DNA of 63,821 nt, taken from contig JBBRXJ010000004.1 of assembly GCA_038248505.1 (NCBI GenBank), forward strand, positions 1 through 63,821, written 5' to 3'. This document shows, one piece after another, positions 56,538 through 63,821 of the stretch (its first letter is position 1; each line of letters starts with the position of its first letter). Position numbers and translations under genes: made by a program. The notes below the pieces were generated by a model that ran no database searches, was not told where the DNA came from, and saw nothing but the letters and a program-made list of their open reading frames with translations. This DNA is from Bacteroidales bacterium (GTDB lineage Bacteria; Bacteroidota; Bacteroidia; Bacteroidales; JBBRXJ01).

Positions 56538-57980
56538 TCAACCTTTAATATTTATAGTGGCTACCATATTGTTTCGTTTAAGTAGTTTCTCAACAGAACT
56601 TATTTCAATAAATGATGCCCCATGTTTTGAGCCAAAATTACCGGCAACTACCACTACCATGTCTTCTTTATTAAGGATATTTTCGCGTACTAGATGAATA
56701 AGTGTTTCTTCAATCATTTCGGGCTCTTTCTCATCTTTTATAAGATACTGAGGGTAAACACCATAGCTAAGTGCCAATTGTCTCATTACTTTTTTATCAT
56801 AACAACGTGCGTAAATAGGTTTGTTACCTCTAAACCCGGCCATATTGCGTATGGTATGGCCTAAAGTAGTATCTGCAATAATCGCTTTTGCATCTAGCTT
56901 AACTGAAGCGCGTACGGCTGCTTTTGTTAGGTATGATGAAATTTCTGAAGTTAAAACTACTTTAAAAGTATTGTAGAATGGATTCTTATGTTTTTCAACT
57001 TCCATACATACTTTTACCATTGTCTTTACGGATTCAATAGGATAAGCACCACTCGCTGTTTCGTTACTGAGCATAATTGCATCAGCATGGCTATAAATTG
57101 CACTAGCGATATCACTAATCTCGGCACGAGTGGGTCTTGGATTATGAATCATGGAATGCAACATTTGCGTAGCAACAATTACTGGCTTACGATGTTCAAT
57201 ACACTTTTGAATGAGTTCTTTTTGTATTACGGGTATTTGTTCGAATGGAATTTCAACAGCTAGATCGCCACGAGCAACCATTACACCATACGAATGATCA
57301 AGTATTTCATCAATATTATCAACACCTTCTTGATTTTCAATTTTTGCAATAATTTTTATGGAGCTATTTTTTGCATCCAATATCTTTTGAATTTCTTTTA
57401 GATCTTCTTTATTTCGAACAAAAGAATGTGCGATAAAATCGAGTTCATTTTCAATAGCAAATTCAATATAATCAATATCCTTGTGACTAAGTGCGGGTAG
57501 GTTTAATCGAACATTAGGCACATTAAGGCTTTTACGCGATTGAACCACACCATCGTTTAATGCTTTACATAATAGATAATCGCTTTCTTTGCTTAAAACC
57601 CCTAATTCAAGACGTCCATCATCTATCATAATACGATCGCCTACGGAGAGATCTTCAACAAAATCTTTATAACGAACGTAAATACAATCGCGTGTTGTAA
57701 TTTCATCTGGATCGCCTTTTATTTTTATGCTATCACCTACTTCGAGTGAAAATTCTTCTTCAAGTTTGGTAATTCGCAATTCGGGGCCTTTGGTATCTAA
57801 CAATATGGCAACTTTATCAGTTACCTTTCGAATATTGTCAACAATTTTCTTTGTGCTGTCAAGTGATTGGTGGGCTGTGTTTAATCTGATAACATTCACA
57901 CCAGCATCAACAAGCATTTGAATAAAAGTAGTGTCACAATGCAAATCGGATACCGTGGCAACAATTTTGGTTTTCTTCAT
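56538..57980 (-). CDS. pyk: Pyruvate kinase
   Basis: 480 aa with KIVATV, NTAHQS, MVARGDLAVEIP and ATQMLHSM. Confidence 0.95.
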   Translation of the reverse strand: MKKTKIVATVSDLHCDTTFIQMLVDAGVNVIRLNTAHQSLDSTKKIVDNIRKVTDKVAILLDTKGPELRITKLEEEFSLEVGDSIKIKGDPDEITTRDCIYVRYKDFVEDLSVGDRIMIDDGRLELGVLSKESDYLLCKALNDGVVQSRKSLNVPNVRLNLPALSHKDIDYIEFAIENELDFIAHSFVRNKEDLKEIQKILDAKNSSIKIIAKIENQEGVDNIDEILDHSYGVMVARGDLAVEIPFEQIPVIQKELIQKCIEHRKPVIVATQMLHSMIHNPRPTRAEISDIASAIYSHADAIMLSNETASGAYPIESVKTMVKVCMEVEKHKNPFYNTFKVVLTSEISSYLTKAAVRASVKLDAKAIIADTTLGHTIRNMAGFRGNKPIYARCYDKKVMRQLALSYGVYPQYLIKDEKEPEMIEETLIHLVRENILNKEDMVVVVAGNFGSKHGASFIEISSVEKLLKRNNMVATINIKG

Positions 57981-58485
57981 AACTAATTAAAATATAATAG
58001 CTTAAACTAAATATCGCAAAAGCGAACTGCAAATATATACGAAGTGAGCTAAATAACAGCAGCTAAAGCAACCGAAATATGTCGAAATTCATATTAATCA
58101 AATATGATTCCCCGTATTATACAGATATTACGAATAAATAAGATCATAGGCCTTATTTATTCAAGATTGGCTGATATTTTCAATGACATTATGTAGAAAC
58201 ACTCAACATTAAATTCTATTAAGCTGCCTCACCCGCTGTTATTCAAATATTGGTGCTAATGTAAAATTTATGGTTCAAAATTTGTTGATTTTAGTTAATT
58301 ATATTTACTCAGAAAATTTGGTGAGTGATTAGGCATAATCAAATGATTTATATCATTTTATGCAGAATTGTCGGTAAACACTCAATAATAAATGCGTGTT
58401 TAAAATTTATTTATGGAAATACTTACTCAACAAAATCTTTAAACAGCAAGGTATATTTGTATATATTAATCAAAACCTTAAGAAA

Positions 58486-58863
58486 ATGTTTACATGTTCT
58501 TATAAGATTCAGGCTGACATTATAAACAATCGTTTATATCTTATCATGAGAGGATATTTGGTTGATGAATATGTAAAGCGAGCAGTAGTTAAAACTATTG
58601 AAGAGGTTGAGAAATTGCGTAGTGGATTTGATTTGATAAATGATATAAGTGAACTTAAGCCAGCAACAGATGATGACGCTAGACGGCTTCAAAGAGTGAA
58701 GGGTTATGTGTTGGGACGCGGAGTGAATAGATTGGTAGAGGTGGTAAAGATAAGCGAGAGAGAGAGCAGAATGAAGAGTGCTGAAAGAAATGTAGGGAAG
58801 ACTAAGAATGATCCGATCTTCGTATCGTCTGTTGATGAGGCTGAGAAATTTTTAAGTGAGTGA
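58486..58863 (+). CDS. Hypothetical protein (STAS-like feel)
   Basis: The ATG at 58486 gives MFTCSYKIQADIINNRLYLIMRGYL.... The track start at 58396 adds 30 AT-rich codons that do not look coding. Confidence 0.4.
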   Translation: MFTCSYKIQADIINNRLYLIMRGYLVDEYVKRAVVKTIEEVEKLRSGFDLINDISELKPATDDDARRLQRVKGYVLGRGVNRLVEVVKISERESRMKSAERNVGKTKNDPIFVSSVDEAEKFLSE

Positions 58864-58926
58864 AGTATGGATTGTGAAATGAATGTGTGAGCGATTGTAG
58901 GGAAGTAAGTGAGGGTGAATGTGTGA

Positions 58927-58952
58927 AATGACGACTTGTGGGTCGTCATTTT
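58927..58952 (+). terminator. Rho-independent terminator
   Basis: AATGACGAC-TTGTGG-GTCGTCATT with a TTTT tail. Confidence 0.75.
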
Positions 58953-59026
58953 GCATTTATATATATGCGAGCATTAAACAATTATTTTAATAATTCAATT
59001 AGCCGTGTTTAATATATCAGGGAAAG

Positions 59027-59614
59027 CTAAGCTGCGAAGTAAGCTTTAATGCCACTTAGCAGCATTTCAATAGCCATTGTGGTTAATAACATTCCCATTA
59101 AACGAGTAGTTGCTTTTATTATACTGCTTCCTAAAATTATATCGAGAAACTCTGAAAACATTAGTATGGCAGCTGTTACAGCCCATGCAATTAATAAGGC
59201 AACAAGCCATGTATTCATTTGATCGGGATGCTGTTTCGATAATAAAATAACCATAGTCATTGCTGAAGGACCTGCTACCAAAGGAACTGCCATTGGTACG
59301 ATAATTGGGTCTGTATTAAAATCGCTTTCTTCTAACCAGATGTTGAGAGGAAAAATCATTCGTATAGCAATCAGAAAAAGAATTACTCCACCCGCAATGC
59401 TTAGTGCCGGTTGTGAAAGATTCATCCCACTTAGTATATATTGTCCAAAATACAAGAAGAAGATAAGAACAATCAGGGCAATTATTAATTCGCGAATTAA
59501 AACTTTTGTGCGTTTTTCTTTTGGTACTTGTTGAAGAATGGAAATAAACAAAGGAATATTTCCGAAAGGATCCATTACCAGAATGAGTGTAATTGCAGCG
59601 GTGTAGAGTGTCAT
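59027..59614 (-). CDS. MarC family (UPF0056) membrane protein
   Basis: 195 aa starting LILVMDPFGNIPLFISIL, with six TM helices. Confidence 0.88.
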   Translation of the reverse strand: MTLYTAAITLILVMDPFGNIPLFISILQQVPKEKRTKVLIRELIIALIVLIFFLYFGQYILSGMNLSQPALSIAGGVILFLIAIRMIFPLNIWLEESDFNTDPIIVPMAVPLVAGPSAMTMVILLSKQHPDQMNTWLVALLIAWAVTAAILMFSEFLDIILGSSIIKATTRLMGMLLTTMAIEMLLSGIKAYFAA

Positions 59615-59669
59615 ACTAATTTACTATTATTTGATTTTTAAAAGCGTTTTTATAGATATACATTTGGTA

Positions 59670-60062
59670 TTATCTCTCAACAATAAAACCAAGATTTACT
59701 TCATCTGCAGGTAAACCTCCTTTAATACAACAGTTCTCAAGTGGTACTTCATTTAATACTATAATAATATCGTTAATGGGTATGCCTAATTTTTCATGTA
59801 AATTATTGGTCACTTCTCTATAGAAATTCTTTTTAGTATCGCGTGTTCGCCCCTTAAACAAAGTAATATCAATGATTGTTGTTTGAGGGCTTTTGCCTGT
59901 TGAATATTCAAAATTCGCTACATCGTATTCATTTATTCGTTGCATACAGTCATGTTCAGGAATTCCTAATGCATTTACGAGTGCATCATGTATTGTATCA
60001 AGAAGTTTTTTTTATATTCAGAGCTTTGATTTTTAACAATATTTATTTGAACTAGTGGCATA
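59670..60062 (-). CDS. Tautomerase-superfamily protein (two beta-alpha-beta units), extended to the upstream ATG
   Basis: The track lists only 59670..59945. Reading the minus strand codon by codon, the frame stays open up to the ATG at 60062-60060. This gives MPLVQINIVKNQSSEYKKNFFDTIHDALVNALGIPEHDCMQRINEYD... The Met-Pro start is the hallmark catalytic Pro1 of tautomerases. Confidence 0.7.
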
Positions 60063-60287
60063 ATGATTATAGATTTTATTGATTACGGTACAACATTAAA
60101 GATATAAAAAAAAACTTTCAACGCTAATGTTCAGATTAATAACACTATAACATAAAACATTGTCTTTAAATTTTGATTTGTATGAGATGTATTTTTCAAA
60201 ATTGAATTATATTCGCACTATATTAAAAACATTGGCATTTAAATCTATTATTTGTCATTCAAAGATTTAATTTTTAAAAATTTATTG

Positions 60288-61316
60288 ATGAAAAAGAAAG
60301 ACCTATTAAAAGATGTGATTGAACACATTGACATTACCGCAATTGATTCGACAGCTATTATTGATGCAATGCGCAAAATGTCGTTTACATCGCGTGATAC
60401 AGCAAACGCAACCGATATTTTCTTGCGAATGCTTAAAGATAAAGATTGTACTGTAATTCTCACTTTAGCTGGCAGTACAAGCGCAGGTGGTTGTATGCAG
60501 CTTTATGCCGATATGGTTCGTTATCGAATGGTTGACTGTATTGTTGCCACTGGAGCATCTATCATTGACATGGACTTTTTTGAAGCTCTAGGATACAAGC
60601 ATTATAAAGGAAGAAAAGATATAAATGATAAAGTATTACGTGATTTTTATATTGACCGTATATATGATACATTTATTGATGAAGAAGATTTGCAAGGATG
60701 CGATGGTACTATAAAAAAGATAACTGATAGCTTACAACCACGTCCATATTCATCACGTGAGTTTATAAAAGAGCTTGGAAAATATCTCACAAAAAACGCA
60801 AAGAAGAAAGATTCATTGATACAACTTGCATACGAAAATAATGTGCCTATATTCTGTCCAGCTTTCTCTGATAGTAGTGCGGGTTTTGGTTTAGCAAAAC
60901 ATCAGTATGAGAATCCTGAAAAACATGTTTCAATTGATTCAGTAAAAGACTTTTTGGAACTTACAAAAGTAAAAATAGCTGCTGGAACGTCAGGATTATT
61001 AATGATTGGTGGAGGTGTTCCAAAGAATTTTGCTCAAGATACAGTTGTTTGTGCTGAAATTTTAGGACATGAAGTGCCAATGCACAAATATGCCGTTCAA
61101 GTTACCGTTGCTGATGTTCGAGATGGAGCTTGTTCATCATCAACATTACAAGAAGCATGCTCATGGGGTAAAGTTGATACTGTATGGGAGCAAATGGTAT
61201 ATGCTGAAGCAACAAGTGTGCTGCCACTTATGATTAGCTATGCATATCACAGTGGTGCATGGAAGAAACGACCAAAGAAAGAGTGGTCAAAGCTTTTTGA
61301 TGTAAAAAAGAAATAA
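60288..61316 (+). CDS. Deoxyhypusine synthase family protein
   Basis: The ATG at 60288 gives MKKKDLL. DHS-like motifs include ILTLAGSTSAGG, VATGASIIDMDFFEALG and LLMIGGGVPKNF. Confidence 0.82.
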   Translation: MKKKDLLKDVIEHIDITAIDSTAIIDAMRKMSFTSRDTANATDIFLRMLKDKDCTVILTLAGSTSAGGCMQLYADMVRYRMVDCIVATGASIIDMDFFEALGYKHYKGRKDINDKVLRDFYIDRIYDTFIDEEDLQGCDGTIKKITDSLQPRPYSSREFIKELGKYLTKNAKKKDSLIQLAYENNVPIFCPAFSDSSAGFGLAKHQYENPEKHVSIDSVKDFLELTKVKIAAGTSGLLMIGGGVPKNFAQDTVVCAEILGHEVPMHKYAVQVTVADVRDGACSSSTLQEACSWGKVDTVWEQMVYAEATSVLPLMISYAYHSGAWKKRPKKEWSKLFDVKKK

Positions 61317-61395
61317 ATATAAAATGCCATCTTTAAAAATGGCATTTTTTTTGCTTGCAAATTTAATATAAGGGCATAATTATTAACTTCGTAGA

Positions 61396-62016
61396 ATGGC
61401 ATTGCTCAATATAAAAGAAATATCGAAAAGCTATAACAACCAAGATTTATTTCAAGCTTTATCTTTTGAGATAAATCGTGGTGACAAACTCGTTATTACG
61501 GGCTCATCAGGATGCGGGAAGACCACTTTGATGAATATGCTTATTGGATTTGTTTTTCATGATAGAGGTATCATTCAGTTTGAAAATAATGTATTGGATT
61601 CAACTAATATTCATTTGTTCCGAAGTCATTGTTCATGGTTACCTCAGGAAGTTTCTTTTGACGTTGAAACGGCACGTGATTTTGTAATGCTTCCTTTTAG
61701 CTTTAAAATAAATAGAGATAGAATTCCAACAGAAAATAATATCCGAGATATTATGAATAACTTAATGCTTCCTTATTCCTTACTCGATAGCACAATGTTA
61801 AAAGTTTCTGGCGGAGAAAAGCAACGTTTGGCATTATTATCAATATTGTTGATGAAAAAAGGAATTGTTTTTCTCGATGAACCCACATCGGCTCTTGATC
61901 AGAAAGCCGCAAAAGCAGTTATCGATTTATTTCTAAAAGATAAAGATTGTACGGTTATTTCTGTTTCACATCATGAATTATGGCAATCTAAATGTAATCG
62001 TATAATTGCAATTTAA
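61396..62016 (+). CDS. ABC transporter ATP-binding protein (FetA/YbbL-like)
   Basis: 206 aa with Walker A GSSGCGKTT, signature VSGGEKQRLAL and Walker B IVFLDEPTSALD. Confidence 0.75.
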   Translation: MALLNIKEISKSYNNQDLFQALSFEINRGDKLVITGSSGCGKTTLMNMLIGFVFHDRGIIQFENNVLDSTNIHLFRSHCSWLPQEVSFDVETARDFVMLPFSFKINRDRIPTENNIRDIMNNLMLPYSLLDSTMLKVSGGEKQRLALLSILLMKKGIVFLDEPTSALDQKAAKAVIDLFLKDKDCTVISVSHHELWQSKCNRIIAI

Positions 62017-62019
62017 GTT

Positions 62020-62811
62020 ATGCAGATGAATATTGACATAAAATTATTAAACATGATACTGGGTTATCTGCTCTTAGTGATCCCTATTTATGTTTTTTGG
62101 TATTATCGATCGGGGCTTATAAAAGAAACGCTGCTAGCTATTGGTAGAATGACTTTACAGCTCTTATTGGTAGGTGTGTATCTTGAATATTTGTTTAAAT
62201 TAAATAATTATTGGATAAATGCAATTTGGTTATTATTTATTGTGTTCGTTGCATCATGGACTATCATAAAGCGGAGCGATTTATCTATTAAAATATTTAT
62301 AGTTCCAGTATTACTCTCTTTATTGTTAAGTGTAGTTTTTACAGATTTTTATTTTATTAGAGTAATTATAATGCATCCAAGTTTTTTTGATGCATCTTAT
62401 CTTATTCCTATAACTGGTATTATAGTAGGCAATTGTTTGCGAACAAATATTCTTGCATTGAGTAATTATTATCAACAAATATCGAAGAATAGCAAAACAT
62501 ACAGGTATTATTTAGCGAACGGAGCCAGCAGAGGAGAAGCTTTACAGCCTTATATGAAAGATGCATTGAAGAATGCATTCAATCCAACCATTGCTAATAT
62601 TTCGGTAGTAGGTTTAATTAACATGCCAGGAGTAATGACAGGTCAAATATTAGGAGGTAGTAATCCCATTATTGCAATTAAATATCAAATTCTATTTCTA
62701 TTATTTATTTTTGTATCAGCCATGATAAGCGTTGTATTAAGTATTTTGCTTGCTAATAAAAAAGCCTTTGATGCATCGCATAATTTACTTGACAACATTT
62801 TTAATAAATAG
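62020..62811 (+). CDS. FetB/YbbM-like (UPF0014) ABC permease
   Basis: 263-aa polytopic protein with GRMTLQLLLVGVYLEYLF, typical of the YbbM family. It is paired with the upstream ATPase. Confidence 0.75.
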   Translation: MQMNIDIKLLNMILGYLLLVIPIYVFWYYRSGLIKETLLAIGRMTLQLLLVGVYLEYLFKLNNYWINAIWLLFIVFVASWTIIKRSDLSIKIFIVPVLLSLLLSVVFTDFYFIRVIIMHPSFFDASYLIPITGIIVGNCLRTNILALSNYYQQISKNSKTYRYYLANGASRGEALQPYMKDALKNAFNPTIANISVVGLINMPGVMTGQILGGSNPIIAIKYQILFLLFIFVSAMISVVLSILLANKKAFDASHNLLDNIFNK

Positions 62812-63034
62812 TGACTATTCTCTATTTATCACACACATATTTAGCTAATATTATTCCTCAAATTTATATAATGAAAATAAGGAAGAATATAATGATAGCC
62901 TATTACAGAATACTTGACTCATTCCATTTAGTTTTTAATAAACTTGTTCCGTTTTAACTTCTCAATTATTCTATGCTAATAGGAGTAATTAATCACAGAA
63001 ATAACAACTTGTTACTGAGAATAGCTATTAATTA

Positions 63035-63167
63035 ATTCTGCATAATTATACCCAACATTGATATTAATTGTTTTTTTAATGAAATCAAATCTCTTTATAT
63101 CAATTAAAGGCTATACAAACCGGGGCTTCTTCGCCGCGGCGAAAAACTCAATGTACCACCTCAGCCA
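63035..63167 (+). repeat. Intergenic repeat copy 2 (lacks the left hairpin arm)
   Basis: ATTCTGCATAATTATACCCAACATTGATATTAATTGTTTTTTTAATGAAATCAAATCTCTTTATAT...AAAGGCTATACAAACCGGGGCTTCTTCGCCGCGGCGAA...CCTCAGCCA aligns with 43681-43848. It contains a 14-nt perfect palindrome TTCGCCGCGGCGAA at 63130-63143. Confidence 0.6.
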
Positions 63168-63200
63168 CCTACTTCTCCTTATAAACTCATCAAATAATAC

Positions 63201-63335
63201 CCTTAGTGGTTCTTTCAACTTTCTTCCTTAGTGTTCTCAGTGTCCTTATTGATCAAAAATCCACTTAAAGAAACTCTTTTCCCTCATTGGCCTTAGTGTT
63301 TTTACCCCACTTTCCCCTTTTTACTTTCAACTTTC
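63201..63335 (+). repeat. Pyrimidine-rich tract with short direct repeats
   Basis: CCTTAGTG occurs at 63201, 63226 and 63291. TTTCAACTTTC occurs at 63213 and 63325. The + strand is markedly G-poor here. Confidence 0.5.
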
Positions 63336-63743
63336 TATATACTCACTTATAGATTAAAACTGTTCTTAAATAAAATAGAAATCATATATTGAATCAATCT
63401 AAATAGCGATTTAAATATCTATAATTAAGTACTATATCTTGTTTTTATGTTTTGGTTCTCTTCTTTCAAAAAGAATTATCAAACATTTGCAAACTTCACC
63501 AAAGTTTTTCATGATACTTTGCACGCGTATGATAATCAGTTCCATAAGCCCTTTTTAAAACGTCTCATTTCCGATGAGACAATAGTGCAAAACAATTATT
63601 TACTTTTGGTATATCTTTATAAATAGTATAATGAACTATTTAATGAACAGATTGCAAATATTTACAAATTAATACAAATTATTAAATGACTATCCGTTTT
63701 TGCACCCAATGAAAAATAATTACCTTTGCAAGTAAAAAATCCA

Positions 63744-63821
63744 ATGAATTTACTTGATTTTAGTACTTATTTTCCCCATGAAGAAATCTGTGTTGAGCAT
63801 TTTAAAATGCAACGTGAAAAA
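63744..63821 (+). mobile_element. IS1595-family transposase, first 26 codons (runs off the right edge)
   Basis: ATG at 63744 opens MNLLDFSTYFPHEEICVEHFKMQREK. This resembles the usual N-terminus of Bacteroidota IS1595-type transposases (..F...FP.EE.C...L...RE) that precedes their zinc ribbon. Confidence 0.55.

Noticed and set aside
58704-58949. 81-aa minus-strand ORF across the purine-rich tract
   Set aside because: It is antisense to the 3' end of the + strand gene and its terminator, and its composition is driven by the C-poor tract.
59946-60062. Apparent frameshift in the A8 tract of the tautomerase gene
   Set aside because: My first transcription dropped one T (CTTCTTTGAT). Re-reading codon by codon with coordinates shows the frame is continuous from the ATG at 60062 to the stop at 59670. 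The gene is intact and only the track start is short.
1-63821. CRISPR arrays, rRNA genes, prophage or complete known defence systems
   Set aside because: I saw no regularly spaced direct repeats, no rRNA-like conserved blocks, no phage structural genes and no cas, restriction-modification or Abi-type gene sets. The only defence-related sequences are the decayed Panacea antitoxin gene and a doubtful RT tail.

Overview
AT-rich chromosomal window (roughly one-third GC by eye) with Bacteroidota hallmarks. Several proteins end in type IX secretion (T9SS) C-terminal sorting domains, TTTG/TAnnTTTG-type promoters can be read near rplU, and Shine-Dalgarno sequences are mostly absent. I count about 55 protein genes and one tRNA (Gln, anticodon CTG). 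There is no rRNA and no CRISPR array. All family calls come from motifs I recognise in the translations; no searches were run.

Housekeeping genes: ruvC, serS, rplU-rpmA, argG-argH-proB, xth, rsgA, pyk.

Envelope and signalling genes:
- GT2, GT4 and GT-C/TPR glycosyltransferases, and an AsmA-like protein.
- An ECF sigma/anti-sigma pair and two histidine kinases.
- A SiaB/SiaC-like partner-switch pair.
- A Cache-PAS-CBS-DUF294 protein beside a DUF485-ActP-porin acetate locus.
- A FetAB-like exporter.

Accessory or decayed patches:
- 7.86-9.07 kb: head-to-head gene fragments plus an unexplained GC-rich island.
- 27.6-29.7 kb: a frameshifted Zn-ribbon-HTH-Panacea antitoxin gene and other remnants.
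- 39.6-41.1 kb: decayed genes next to tRNA-Gln.
- 41.1-48.3 kb: three tandem T9SS cargo genes.
- Both window edges: partial IS transposase genes.

I see no complete known defence system. The candidates most worth follow-up are:
1. A duplicated ~80-nt element (mini-ORF plus covarying hairpin) upstream of two T9SS cargo genes.
2. The SiaB/SiaC-like pair wired to a hybrid histidine kinase.
3. A four-gene operon combining a lipoprotein, a small secreted protein, a TerB/FHA-like ABCG transporter and a TMTC-like GT-C enzyme.
4. A repeat family with a 23-bp GC-rich hairpin.

The supplied ORF track is not always maximal; see 59670..60062.
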